A DNA stretch of 60,915 nucleotides from Synergistaceae bacterium. GTDB taxonomy: Bacteria > Synergistota > Synergistia > Synergistales > Aminobacteriaceae. The notes under the pieces were generated by a model that did no database searches, had not been told where the DNA came from, and worked only from the letters and a program-made list of their open reading frames with translations. The stretch spans positions 1-60,915 of the forward strand of contig JAFUXM010000043.1 of the NCBI GenBank assembly GCA_017470785.1, read 5' to 3'. This document shows, one piece after another, positions 1 to 9,067 of the stretch. The position numbers and the translations under genes are program-made. How positions within the stretch are numbered: position 1 is the first letter of the stretch; each line of letters starts with the position of its first letter.

Positions 1-804
1 GTGAAAGTAATTAACATAGTCGGGCGCGACGGCGCGAACGGTGTCGAGTACGTCTACAAAAATCCTGCCGACGGCTATATCTTTTTGCTTGGCACTCAGA
101 GCATGTTTATGCTTGACATGCAGGGCATAACGAGCATGAATTTCAAGACTGAGTTTGTGCCGGTAGCGCGGTTAGTTCACGCCGTGAATATCTTTGCAGC
201 GTCTAAACGCGCAATGGCTGAGAAAGGCTATAACTCGTTCTCGGAGATGTTAGAGTATTTAAAGCGTGAGCCGGGCGATATTAATATTGGCATGTTAGCG
301 AGCACTGGACTTGACGGCGCAGTCGAGACGCAGACGTTTAAAGGTCTTGAAGTCTTAGCCGTGCCGTATCCGTCAGGCCGTGAGATGAACATGGCGCTTG
401 TGCGCGGCGACATTGATTTAATCATTGCCGGCACTGACGAGCTTGAAGAGCTGATTAAGGCAGACAGTGCCGTGCCGTTATTAGCAGTGAGTGAGAAGCG
501 TTTAAAGAATTTCCCTGAGATGGAATGCACGGTTGAACTTGGCATTAACTCAGTGTTAGGGCCAGCCAGAGGCATTTACGCTAAGCGCGGCACGCCTGAA
601 GGTGCAGTTAAAGCTTTAGAGGCTGCGGTTAAACAAGCGTCAAGCTTGCCTAAGTGGCAGGAATTTTTAGCTAAAGGCAGCTATGATGAGCGCGATGCGT
701 TTGCTGACGCTGATGCTTATGCAAAAGCCAACGAGGTCGATTATAAGCTCTTAAGCGAGTATCTCAAAGCCGAGGGCAAGTTGAAGATTAATTATTTTAA
801 ATAA
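1..804 (+). CDS. TctC/Bug-family tripartite tricarboxylate transporter substrate-binding protein, N-terminus cut by window edge
   Basis: ORF is open from base 1 to the stop at 802-804. The translation resembles Bug/TctC periplasmic binding proteins (recognised from memory). A hairpin terminator follows. Confidence 0.65.
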   Translation: MKVINIVGRDGANGVEYVYKNPADGYIFLLGTQSMFMLDMQGITSMNFKTEFVPVARLVHAVNIFAASKRAMAEKGYNSFSEMLEYLKREPGDINIGMLASTGLDGAVETQTFKGLEVLAVPYPSGREMNMALVRGDIDLIIAGTDELEELIKADSAVPLLAVSEKRLKNFPEMECTVELGINSVLGPARGIYAKRGTPEGAVKALEAAVKQASSLPKWQEFLAKGSYDERDAFADADAYAKANEVDYKLLSEYLKAEGKLKINYFK

Positions 805-825
805 TTTAAAATTTTAAAATTTAAA

Positions 826-857
826 AAAGCCGGATGTTCGCGTCCGGCTTTAATTTT
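826..857 (+). terminator. Rho-independent terminator after the tctC-like gene
   Basis: 9-bp stem aaagccgga (826-834) / tccggcttt (843-851), 8-nt loop, T-rich tail. Confidence 0.6.
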
Positions 858-889
858 ATTAATTTATAAAAGGCGGGTATGATTGAAGC

Positions 890-1225
890 ATGGAATTATT
901 AGTGCATATCGAGAGCATCTTCCAGCTTGTAGTTCAGTACGGAGTTTTATTGATGGAATGCGTCGGAGTTGTAATATTATTTATCACGACTATCAAGAGC
1001 ATATGGGGCTGTCTCAAGCGGGATGCGCAGGTCAGGCTCACGCTTGCGCAGGGCATAGCGCTTGCCCTTGAATTTAAACTCGGCGGCGAGGTGCTGCGTA
1101 CTGTCATAGTCCGCGAGTGGAGCGAACTTGTTATATTAGGCGCTGTGATTTTGCTGCGCGGCGCTCTGACTTTCTTAATTCACTGGGAGATTAAAACTGA
1201 AGAAGCTAATATTAGTATTAAATAA
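890..1225 (+). CDS. DUF1622-family small membrane protein
   Basis: 111-aa hydrophobic ORF. The QGIALALEFKLGGEVLRT segment is typical of DUF1622 as I recall it. The overlapping 883..1071 ORF is judged spurious. Confidence 0.6.
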   Translation: MELLVHIESIFQLVVQYGVLLMECVGVVILFITTIKSIWGCLKRDAQVRLTLAQGIALALEFKLGGEVLRTVIVREWSELVILGAVILLRGALTFLIHWEIKTEEANISIK

Positions 1226-1233
1226 AATTATTT

Positions 1234-1313
1234 GCCTTGCAGGCCGCAATTTTAATCCCATTCAGGGATTAAAGCCTTGCAGGCCGCAATTTTAATCCCA
1301 TTCAGGGATTAAA
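1234..1313. repeat. Perfect tandem duplication of a 40-bp unit, each unit containing an 8-bp-stem hairpin
   Basis: gccttgcaggccgcaattttaatcccattcagggattaaa at 1234-1273 recurs exactly at 1274-1313. Each unit holds the inverted repeat ttaatccc/gggattaa around an attca loop. Confidence 0.95.
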
Positions 1314-1314
1314 T

Positions 1315-1370
1315 CCCCCTTGATTAGTATGTTAAAATATTTTAAATTTTAATTTTATAAATCGAGGGGG
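1315..1370 (+). promoter_or_regulatory. Candidate SD-sequestering hairpin in the larE leader
   Basis: cccccttgatt (1315-1325) pairs with aatcgaggggg (1360-1370): 11 bp including one G-U. The right arm contains the only SD-like element (gaggggg), 11 nt upstream of the larE ATG. Confidence 0.35.
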
Positions 1371-1381
1371 TAAATTTTTTT

Positions 1382-2200
1382 ATGCTTGAAAATAAGCTTG
1401 AAGATAAGTATAACGCGCTGAAAAATTATTTAAGTGAATTAAACAGCGTTGCTGTTGCATTCTCAGGCGGCGTGGACTCGACTTTATTATTACGCGCTGC
1501 GCATGACGTGCTGGGCAATAAAGTTATTGCTGTAATCGAGGCTTCGTGCTTGATGCCTGATAACGAGCTTGACGAGGCGAAAAATTTTTGTGAGGCAAAT
1601 AATATAGATTATGTAATTTATAAAGCTGAGCCGTTGAGCGTTAAGGGCTTTAAAGAAAATCCGCCTGACAGATGCTATATATGCAAGCTTGAGTTATTTA
1701 AAAAAATTAAAGAGCTTGCAGCTGAGCGCGGCATAGAGCATGTAGCTGAAGGTTCTAATCTTGATGATAGCTTGAATGATTACAGGCCTGGGCTTAAGGC
1801 TATTAAAGAGCTTGATATTAAAAGTCCGTTGAAGGCTGCAAATTTATATAAAAGTGAGATACGCGAATTATCGCGGCAGTTAGGTTTAAAGACGTGGGAC
1901 AAGCCGTCGGCTGCTTGCTTAGCGTCGCGTATGCCTTACGGTGAGGTTATAACGCTTGAGAAATTAAAATTAGTTGCTCAGGCTGAAAAATTTTTGCATG
2001 AGCTTGGATTTAAGCAATTAAGAGTGCGTCTGCATGGCAAGGCTATAGCTCGTATAGAGATTTTGCCTGAAGATTTTGAAAAATTTTTAGATGAAGCTAT
2101 GCGCGTTAAAGTTTATGACGCGCTGAAAAATTTCGGCTTTGATTATATTGCATTAGATTTAAAAGGTTATAGAACCGGCAGCATGAATGAAATTTTGTAA
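1382..2200 (+). CDS. larE: LarE, ATP-dependent sulfur transferase of nickel-pincer nucleotide cofactor biosynthesis (PP-loop ATPase)
   Basis: PP-loop SGGVDST, DYRPGLKA, and a GFxYxxLDLxGYRxGSMN C-terminus aligning along the whole length with LarE as I remember it. Three Cys are present (CYIC plus SAACLASR). Confidence 0.85.
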   Translation: MLENKLEDKYNALKNYLSELNSVAVAFSGGVDSTLLLRAAHDVLGNKVIAVIEASCLMPDNELDEAKNFCEANNIDYVIYKAEPLSVKGFKENPPDRCYICKLELFKKIKELAAERGIEHVAEGSNLDDSLNDYRPGLKAIKELDIKSPLKAANLYKSEIRELSRQLGLKTWDKPSAACLASRMPYGEVITLEKLKLVAQAEKFLHELGFKQLRVRLHGKAIARIEILPEDFEKFLDEAMRVKVYDALKNFGFDYIALDLKGYRTGSMNEIL

Positions 2201-2423
2201 ATTAATTTTAAAAATATGTTATACTGTTTAATTAGTTAAATTAATTAGTTTAAGCGTGTTAAATTTTTGATAACACACGCCTGCATTAAATGCAAAAGTG
2301 AATTTAAAATTTTTAAATTTTTTTAAATTTTTTTAAATTTAACGCGGGCGGCGGAGGATCTACAGCCATGGGCATATGGCTGTAAGGTTGGAGTATAACT
2401 TTTGCAAAGGAGAGTTTAATTTA
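2201..2423 (+). promoter_or_regulatory. rpsB promoter region and about 200-nt structured 5' leader
   Basis: Extended -10-like tgttatact at 2217-2225. Hairpins include gcgtgtta...taacacacgc and a 9-bp stem tacagccat (2361-2369) / atggctgta (2376-2384) just upstream of the SD aaaggagag. Confidence 0.4.
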
Positions 2424-3257
2424 ATGTCAGTAGTCAGTATGAAGCAGCTATTGGAGTGCGGCGTTCATTTTGGACATCAGACCAGACGTTGGAATCCCAA
2501 GATGAAGCCGTATATTTTCACGGAGCGCAACGGCGTCTATATCATTGATTTACAGAAGACAGTAAAAGGCCTTGATAAGGCTTATGAGTTTATCAGGCAG
2601 ACAGCGGCGGACGGCGGCAGAGTTTTATTTGTCGGGACGAAGCGGCAGGCTCAGGAGACTATAAAAGAAGAGGCGCTGCGCTGCGGGCAGTTCTATATTA
2701 ATCAGAGATGGCTCGGCGGCCTGATGACCAATTTCCCGACGATACGCAAGCGCGTGCAGCGTATGCTTGAGATTAGAAAGTATGACGAAGAAGAGGACGG
2801 CTGGGACAAGTTCACGAAGAAAGAGGCCGCTGCAATTAGAAAAGAGCAGATTAAGCTTGAGAAGTATTTAGGCGGCATTGCGAAGATGACTGCTATTCCC
2901 GATGCGATATTCTTAATTGACCCGAGACGTGAAGAGAACGCGATAGCTGAGGCTAAGAGGCTTGGCATTCCGGTTGTATCGATAGTTGATACGAACTGTG
3001 ACCCTGAGATGGTAGATTATCCCATACCGGGCAATGATGATGCTATAAGAGCGATAAAATTAGTGACTGGGTTAATGGCCAATGCGGTTATAGAAGGTCA
3101 TCAGGGCGAGGATGCGCTGATGCTGCAGTCGGATGATGAGGCTGCGCAGGCTGAGGCCGAGGCGATGAGCGCCCAGAATGAGGACTTAATTGAAATGCGC
3201 GAGCGGCTGCATGAAGCCTACGAGGGCGACGCTGACGACGCAAGAGAGGAGAATTAA
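2424..3257 (+). CDS. rpsB: 30S ribosomal protein S2
   Basis: [27 protein letters not shown] is the canonical S2 N-terminus. The ATG at 2424 is preceded by aaaggagag. The track's start at 2376 lies inside the leader hairpin and lacks an SD. Confidence 0.95.
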   Translation: MSVVSMKQLLECGVHFGHQTRRWNPKMKPYIFTERNGVYIIDLQKTVKGLDKAYEFIRQTAADGGRVLFVGTKRQAQETIKEEALRCGQFYINQRWLGGLMTNFPTIRKRVQRMLEIRKYDEEEDGWDKFTKKEAAAIRKEQIKLEKYLGGIAKMTAIPDAIFLIDPRREENAIAEAKRLGIPVVSIVDTNCDPEMVDYPIPGNDDAIRAIKLVTGLMANAVIEGHQGEDALMLQSDDEAAQAEAEAMSAQNEDLIEMRERLHEAYEGDADDAREEN

Positions 3258-3263
3258 TTAATT

Positions 3264-3860
3264 ATGGCTGAAATTACGGCTGCGATTGTAAAAGAGTTAC
3301 GGGAGCGCACGGGCTCCGGCATGATGGACTGCAAGAAGGCGCTTGCTGAAACCGGCGGCGATATGGAGAAGGCAATAGATTATCTGCGTGAGAAGGGCTT
3401 AGCTAAGGCTGCTAAGAAGGCTGAGCGCACAGCAAGCGACGGCCGCGTATTCACGTATATTCACAGCAATTTTAAGATCGGCGCAATGGTCGAGATTAAT
3501 AGCGAGACTGACTTTGTCGCTAAGACTGATGAGTTTAATGAGCTTGGCCATGAAGTTGCAATGCAGATTGCGGCGGCTAACCCGTTGTATTTAGTGCCGG
3601 AAGAAGTGCCGGAAGAAGTATTGAACCGTGAGCGCGATGTGTACCGTCAGCAGCTTATCGACGAGGGCAAGCCTGCTGATAGACTTGATAAGATTATTGA
3701 AGGCAAGTTAAGAAAATATTATGAGAGTAATTGCTTGCTCGAGCAGGAATATATCAGAGACTCTGACAAGAAGATTAAGGACTTAGTGACGGCCTTAATT
3801 GCCAAGCTGGGCGAAAATATTGTTATTAAGCGTTTCGCGAGATTTGCAATCGGCGAGTAA
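3264..3860 (+). CDS. tsf: Elongation factor Ts (short form)
   Basis: [27 protein letters not shown]-like N-terminus. Conserved position directly after rpsB. Confidence 0.95.
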   Translation: MAEITAAIVKELRERTGSGMMDCKKALAETGGDMEKAIDYLREKGLAKAAKKAERTASDGRVFTYIHSNFKIGAMVEINSETDFVAKTDEFNELGHEVAMQIAAANPLYLVPEEVPEEVLNRERDVYRQQLIDEGKPADRLDKIIEGKLRKYYESNCLLEQEYIRDSDKKIKDLVTALIAKLGENIVIKRFARFAIGE

Positions 3861-3879
3861 TTTAAATATTTAAAATATG

Positions 3880-3930
3880 CTCCGGCGTGATTTAATTTGA
3901 ATTAAATTAAATTATTGCCGGAGTTTTTTT
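3880..3930 (+). terminator. Terminator after tsf
   Basis: ctccggc ... gccggag stem with a long AT-rich loop, followed by a T7 run (3924-3930). Confidence 0.55.
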
Positions 3931-3949
3931 AGATTAAAAATTATGAGAT

Positions 3950-4645
3950 ATGAGATATAAAAGAGTATTATTAAAACTTTCGGGCGAGGCGTTAGGCGAG
4001 GATAATTTTGCCGGTGCGAAGCGTACAGCAGCTGAGATTAAGGAGCTTTGCGATGCTGGCCTTGAGATAGCGATAGTGAACGGCGGCGGAAATATTTTGC
4101 GCGGCCGCGATGTCGAGACGCTTGGCCTTGAGCGCACTCAAGCTGATTACATGGGAATGTTAGGCACTGTTATAAATGCGCTGGCTCTTCAAGATGCGTT
4201 AAAGAAATTAGGCGTGAAAGCTATTGTTCAGAGTGCAATTAACATGCCGCCTATTGCTGATTTATATTCGCGTGATGTAGCTTTAAATGCACTTGAGAAT
4301 AAAAATATAGTTATATTTGCAGCTGGAACTGGCCACCCGTTCTTTTCGACTGACACTACGGCTGCATTAAGAGCAGCTGAGATTAACGCCGAGTGTATTA
4401 TTAAAGGTACGAATGTGAAGGGCATTTATGACGCTGATCCAAATAAAAATGTTAATGCGAAATTTTTATCGAGCTTAACGTATGATTACGCGCTGAAAAA
4501 TAATATTAAAGTCATGGATGCAGCAGCATTTGCAATATGCCGCGATAATAATATTAAATTATTAGTCTTAAACATGAACGAGTCCGGTAATTTATATAAG
4601 GCGTTAGTAAGCGGCGAAAGCATCGGCTCGGAAGTTTGTAATTAA
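3950..4645 (+). CDS. pyrH: UMP kinase
   Basis: KRVLLKLSGEAL and GGGNILRG motifs. Sits in the conserved rpsB-tsf-pyrH-frr order. Confidence 0.95.
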   Translation: MRYKRVLLKLSGEALGEDNFAGAKRTAAEIKELCDAGLEIAIVNGGGNILRGRDVETLGLERTQADYMGMLGTVINALALQDALKKLGVKAIVQSAINMPPIADLYSRDVALNALENKNIVIFAAGTGHPFFSTDTTAALRAAEINAECIIKGTNVKGIYDADPNKNVNAKFLSSLTYDYALKNNIKVMDAAAFAICRDNNIKLLVLNMNESGNLYKALVSGESIGSEVCN

Positions 4646-4680
4646 AAATTTAAAATTTAAGAATAAGGGGGAGAATATCT

Positions 4681-5232
4681 ATGCCTGAGATAAAAGCACT
4701 GAAAGAGAACATGGAGAAGGCCATAGCGTTTTTGCAGAACGATTATCTTTCGATAAGGACCGGCCGGGCGCATCCTGGGCTTGTGAATGATATTAAAGTC
4801 GAGTACTACGGGACGCCGACGCCTATCAAGCAGCTTGCGAACGTGACGATACCGGAAGGCCGCGTAATTCAGATTGCGCCGTTTGACAAGACGAGCTTGA
4901 AGGCTATGGAGAAGGCCATTTTAGCGGCTAACATAGGCATGACGCCCCAGAACGACGGCACTGTAATTAGATTAAAATTGCCTGAATTAACGCGTGAGCG
5001 CCGCGTCGAGCTTACGAAAGTCTTAGCTAAAAAGGCCGAGGACTCCCGCGTAGTGATTAGAAATTATCGGCGTGATACTATTGAGTTATTAAAGAAGCAG
5101 CAAAAGGCTTCTGAAATAACAGAAGATGATTTAAAAGATTTGACTAAAGAGGTTCAGGACATTACTGATTCGCATATTAAAAAGATTGATGAAATTTATA
5201 AAGTAAAAGAAAAAGAAGTACTTGAAGATTAA
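4681..5232 (+). CDS. frr: Ribosome recycling factor
   Basis: 183-aa ORF with SIRTGRAHPGL and LPELTRERR motifs, and an SD gggggag upstream. Confidence 0.95.
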   Translation: MPEIKALKENMEKAIAFLQNDYLSIRTGRAHPGLVNDIKVEYYGTPTPIKQLANVTIPEGRVIQIAPFDKTSLKAMEKAILAANIGMTPQNDGTVIRLKLPELTRERRVELTKVLAKKAEDSRVVIRNYRRDTIELLKKQQKASEITEDDLKDLTKEVQDITDSHIKKIDEIYKVKEKEVLED

Positions 5233-5254
5233 ATTAATTAAGGAGGCTGATGAA

Positions 5255-6055
5255 GTGGAAGAGAGGAATTATAATTCGCCGGGCTATACGATGTTCAAGC
5301 AGAATTTTAAGCGGCTCAGCGGAATTGATTTAAACTCGTATAAAGATCAGATACACCGCCGGACGCATGAGCTTATGGGTCGCTGGGGAGCTAAGAACTA
5401 CGACGAATATTTTGCGATGATGAAGAACGACGATAAAAAACTTCGTGAGTTCTTAGATCATTTGACTATAAACGTATCTGAATTTTTTAGGAATGACTCG
5501 CAGTGGTGGAAGCTGCGGGACAAAATTATTCCTGAATTAATAGCCAAGCGCGGGACTAAGCGTTTAAAGTTATGGAGCGCGGGCTGTGCGACGGGTGAAG
5601 AGCCTTACTCACTTGCGATATTATCGGCGGTGTGCGGCCTTGACACGATGAATCCGGTATTAGCCGGCGATATTGACCAAGGCGCAATTAATATTGCTCA
5701 AAAAGCTACGTATCGCAAGGCGCAGTTAATTAACGTGCCGAAAGAATATTTAAATAAATATTTCACGACCAGCGACGGCGGCGATACTTACACGGTCAAT
5801 CCTGAGATTAAGCGCCGCGTGAGCTTTAAGCGCTTTAACATGATCGAAGATAATTTTAACTCCGGCTTTGATTTGATTTTATGCCGCAATGTCGTAATTT
5901 ATTTCACGAATGAGACTAAAGCTGCGCTGTACGAGAAATTTTTCAAGGCGCTTGCATCCGGCGGCTATTTCTTAGTCGGCTCGACCGAGCAGATATTCGG
6001 CTATCAGAAAATCGGATTTGAGACCGCCGGCCCGTTCTTGTACACCAAGAAATAA
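5255..6055 (+). CDS. cheR: CheR-type protein-glutamate O-methyltransferase (orphan)
   Basis: CheR N-terminal helical domain plus SAM-binding WSAGCATGEEPYS and LCRNVVIYF. A GTG at 5255 sits 8 nt after the SD aaggagg (5240-5246). The track's TTG at 5222 overlaps frr and has no SD. Confidence 0.8.
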   Translation: MEERNYNSPGYTMFKQNFKRLSGIDLNSYKDQIHRRTHELMGRWGAKNYDEYFAMMKNDDKKLREFLDHLTINVSEFFRNDSQWWKLRDKIIPELIAKRGTKRLKLWSAGCATGEEPYSLAILSAVCGLDTMNPVLAGDIDQGAINIAQKATYRKAQLINVPKEYLNKYFTTSDGGDTYTVNPEIKRRVSFKRFNMIEDNFNSGFDLILCRNVVIYFTNETKAALYEKFFKALASGGYFLVGSTEQIFGYQKIGFETAGPFLYTKK

Positions 6056-6090
6056 AAATAATTAAATTAAAATTTAAAAATTTATTTTAG

Positions 6091-6121
6091 CGGGAAGAGT
6101 TTAAAAATTCTTCCCGTTTTT
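6091..6121 (+). terminator. Terminator after cheR
   Basis: cgggaaga (6091-6098) / tcttcccg (6109-6116), followed by ttttt. Confidence 0.75.
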
Positions 6122-6163
6122 AATATAATAATATATTTTTAATATAATAATATAATAAAAATC

Positions 6164-6685
6164 ATGATAATTTCAGGCAGAGAGATAGTAAGAGAGATGG
6201 GGCGCGGGATTATAATCGAGCCGTTTGACTTAAAGCGTGTTAATCCCAATAGCTATAATTTGTCGCTGTCTAACGAGCTGTTAATTTATAAAAATAAAGT
6301 TTTAGACATGAAGACGCCCAGCGAGACTGAAACAATAATTATTCCTGATGAAGGATTAGTTTTAAATCCCGGGCAATTATATTTAGCGCGGACGGCTGAA
6401 TATACTAAAACTGAAAAGTACGTGCCGATGCTTGAGGGCAGGTCGTCTGTAGGCAGGCTTGGAATATTTATTCACGCGACCGCAGGCTTTGGTGATATTG
6501 GCTTTGCCGGCTACTGGACGCTTGAGCTAAGCTGCGTGCAGCCGGTGAGAATTTACGCCGGCGTAGAGATTTGCCAGATTTATTATCACACTATTCAAGG
6601 CGAGTATGATTTATATAATAATCAAGGCAAGTATCAGAATAACACGGGCATTCAGCCGAGCTTGCTGCATAAAGAATTTAATTAA
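6164..6685 (+). CDS. dcd: dCTP deaminase
   Basis: 173-aa ORF with EGRSSVGRLG and the dUTPase-like trimeric fold signature. Confidence 0.85.
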   Translation: MIISGREIVREMGRGIIIEPFDLKRVNPNSYNLSLSNELLIYKNKVLDMKTPSETETIIIPDEGLVLNPGQLYLARTAEYTKTEKYVPMLEGRSSVGRLGIFIHATAGFGDIGFAGYWTLELSCVQPVRIYAGVEICQIYYHTIQGEYDLYNNQGKYQNNTGIQPSLLHKEFN

Positions 6686-6753
6686 ATAAAAATTTTATAG
6701 TCGCGCAGCGCTGCGTATTTTAGCGATAAAATCTATTTAACTGGAGAGCATAT

Positions 6754-7968
6754 ATGAATAAACAATACAAGAGCGGAGCGGTCTCATTCCTGTTGATTGC
6801 GGCAGGATGCGTATTGTATATGGTGAGCGGCGGCATCCGCAGTAATTTTGGAATAATTGTGCAGTCACTGGCCGACCGTACGGGTGTTTCATATGCTGAT
6901 GTCAGCTTTGCCGCAGCAGTCGGCCAATTAATGTATGGCTTGGCTCAGCCTTTTTTCGGCATTATCGCCCTGAAGAAATCAAATAGCTTTGTGCTGATCT
7001 TAGGTACGCTTTTGATGGCATCCGGTCTTTTGCTTACAACATTAGCAAGCTCAGTTATCATGTTGGTTATTACTGTAGGACTTATGTTCTTTACCGGAAC
7101 CGGCGCGGTTTGCTTTGGAATAATCATGGGCGCAATATCGCCCGTGTTAGGTGAACGCAGGGCATCCGCCGCCTCGGGTATTCTTAATGCTTCCAGCGGG
7201 ATAGGCGGCTCGCTGCTGTCGCCTCTTATGCAGGCATTGCAGGCATCGCTTGGCGTAGGCAAGCTATTAATCTTTCTCAGCGTGCCTGTGTTAATACTTT
7301 TGCCGATATGCTATTGGATTGCGCGGCTTTCTATGTCAGCAAGCATAGTCAAAGAGAAGCAAGAAAATATGGATATTTGGACTATGCTGAGGCAGGCGCT
7401 TGCTGATCCTGATTATAGAAAGCTGCTGATTGGCTTTGGGACTTGCGGCTTCCATATGTGTATAATTCAAACGCATATTTATTCGCAGATTGTATCTTAT
7501 GGCATAGCTGATAGTACAGCCTCTTTGGCATATACTGTGTTCGGATTGACGAGCATGGCAGGATCTGTGCTGTGCGGCTTTCTATGTCAGCACCTCTCAC
7601 TTAACAAAGTTCTTGGTTCGCTTTATGGCATACGTGCGGTGATTGTTCTGGTATTTATGCTGCTGCTTCCCCAAAATATATTATCAGTGTTCTTGTTTAT
7701 TACTGTATTAGGCATGACCGGCGATGCTACAGTAACACCGACATCTGAAGCCGTTTCACGGCGCTTCGGCCCGGAGAGCCTCGGCTTTTTATTCGGTATT
7801 ACTTTTATAGGGCATCAGCTGGGCGGATTTCTTAGCTCATGGCTCGGCGGCATTTTTATATCGCAGAGCGGCAATTACGGGATCATATGGATGATAGATG
7901 TTGGCCTGTGCGCAATCGCAGCTGCTGCCAGTTATGCGATACATAAAGATATTAAAAAAATAAGTTAA
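6754..7968 (+). CDS. MFS transporter
   Basis: 404-aa ORF, about 12 predicted hydrophobic helices in a two-halves MFS layout. Confidence 0.8.
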   Translation: MNKQYKSGAVSFLLIAAGCVLYMVSGGIRSNFGIIVQSLADRTGVSYADVSFAAAVGQLMYGLAQPFFGIIALKKSNSFVLILGTLLMASGLLLTTLASSVIMLVITVGLMFFTGTGAVCFGIIMGAISPVLGERRASAASGILNASSGIGGSLLSPLMQALQASLGVGKLLIFLSVPVLILLPICYWIARLSMSASIVKEKQENMDIWTMLRQALADPDYRKLLIGFGTCGFHMCIIQTHIYSQIVSYGIADSTASLAYTVFGLTSMAGSVLCGFLCQHLSLNKVLGSLYGIRAVIVLVFMLLLPQNILSVFLFITVLGMTGDATVTPTSEAVSRRFGPESLGFLFGITFIGHQLGGFLSSWLGGIFISQSGNYGIIWMIDVGLCAIAAAASYAIHKDIKKIS

Positions 7969-7976
7969 GTTAAATA

Positions 7977-8024
7977 AAAAAGCCGCAGCTTAATTAAAAA
8001 ATAAAAAGCTGCGGCTTTTATTTT
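7977..8024. terminator. Bidirectional terminator between the MFS gene (+) and the yjfB-like gene (-)
   Basis: aaagccgcagct / agctgcggcttt 12-bp stem, flanked by an A-run and a T-run. Confidence 0.75.
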
Positions 8025-8030
8025 AATAAA

Positions 8031-8327
8031 TTAATAATATCTGTCGTGATTTATGCCGATACCGAACGCTTTGTGATCTCTGGGCATAAGAATTTCGAGG
8101 GCGGTATTTGTGAGCTCGTTTTGAGTTTTGACTAAGAACGCGCCCATTGCCATTTGCACTTTCGCCTTGCTCATGTCCATTGAGGTCTGAGCGATGTCTA
8201 AGACGTCGATATCGCCGTCGGCAACTTTTTCAGCTGCTGAGCCTGCCGTCGCCTGAGCCTGCCGCATAAGTGACATGCCGCTCTCGCCGAGATTGCTGTA
8301 GCTGTTAAGATTAATCACTAAAATCAC
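8031..8327 (-). CDS. YjfB-family (putative motility) small protein, N-terminally extended paralog
   Basis: The core IAQTSMDMSKAKVQMAMGAFLVKTQ parallels the 44135..44308 ORF and the YjfB motif. The start is uncertain: GTG at 8327 or ATG at 8276. Confidence 0.55.
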   Translation of the reverse strand: MILVINLNSYSNLGESGMSLMRQAQATAGSAAEKVADGDIDVLDIAQTSMDMSKAKVQMAMGAFLVKTQNELTNTALEILMPRDHKAFGIGINHDRYY

Positions 8328-8448
8328 TCGCTTTCGTTTTGAAAATTAAGATTTAATTTATTATAGCATTTAAAATATTTAAAAGATTTGTGATATATTT
8401 ATTTTATAAAATTTTTTGCAATAAAAATTTTAAGGGAGGATTTGGGTT

Positions 8449-8958
8449 ATGCTGGAGTTAATGAGCCGCCGCAGGAGCATCAGGAAGTTTAAGAACGAGA
8501 GAGTGAGCGAAGAAGCGATTAAGTCGCTTGTTGACGCAGCGCTTCTTGCGCCGTCGGGCAAGAACGCGAAGCCGTGCGAATTTTTTGTTGTGCAGGATAA
8601 GGTCAAGATTGAGAAACTTGCCGCGTGCAAGGACGGGCCGACTGAGGCGTTAAAGTCTGCGCCGCTTGCGATAGTCGTCACGGCCAATCCTGAGAAGAGC
8701 GACGTATGGGCAGTCGATGCAGCTATCGCAGCGTCGCATATTTTATTAGAGGCTGAGGCGTTAGGGCTCGGCTGCTGCTGGATTCAAATTATGAATAGGC
8801 GTTCAGGTCAGTTAATGGCCGACAGTCAGGTCAAAAAATTATTAAATATCTCGACAAGTCTTTCTGTCTTGTGCGTAATGGCTATAGGCATAGCTGACGA
8901 GAGCAAAGAGCCTCACGCAATCGACAGCTTGAGCCGTTCTAACGTGCATTTTCTTTAA
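8449..8958 (+). CDS. Nitroreductase-family protein
   Basis: RRSIRKF...LAPSGKNAKP N-terminal nitroreductase signature. SD gggagg upstream. Confidence 0.85.
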   Translation: MLELMSRRRSIRKFKNERVSEEAIKSLVDAALLAPSGKNAKPCEFFVVQDKVKIEKLAACKDGPTEALKSAPLAIVVTANPEKSDVWAVDAAIAASHILLEAEALGLGCCWIQIMNRRSGQLMADSQVKKLLNISTSLSVLCVMAIGIADESKEPHAIDSLSRSNVHFL

Positions 8959-9004
8959 GCTTTAAGCTTTAATATAATTTAGCTTTAATATAATTTAAAA
9001 AATT

Positions 9005-9036
9005 AAAAATCCTCGCGATGCGCGCGGGGATTTTTT
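9005..9036 (+). terminator. Terminator after the nitroreductase gene
   Basis: aatcctcgcg atg cgcgcggggatt imperfect GC stem followed by tttttt. Confidence 0.55.
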
Positions 9037-9067
9037 GATAATAAATTTTAAATATTTTATTTTAAAT

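Noticed and set aside
883-1071. 62-aa ORF overlapping the DUF1622 gene
   Set aside because: It is out of frame relative to the longer, family-recognisable ORF 890-1225. It is Cys/His/Arg-rich with no signals.
1234-1313. Possible CRISPR repeats (palindromic 40-bp units)
   Set aside because: There are only two copies. They abut directly with no spacer, and no cas genes are in the window. This is a tandem duplication, not an array.
2290-2340. Tandem ttttaaattt microsatellite as a specific regulatory repeat
   Set aside because: The same motif class fills most spacers of the window. It is a compositional property and is reported once as a general finding.
5250-5333. ATG-initiated 27-codon ORF just after the cheR SD
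   Set aside because: The ATG is only 3 nt from the SD and out of frame with CheR. The in-frame GTG at 5255 has proper spacing.
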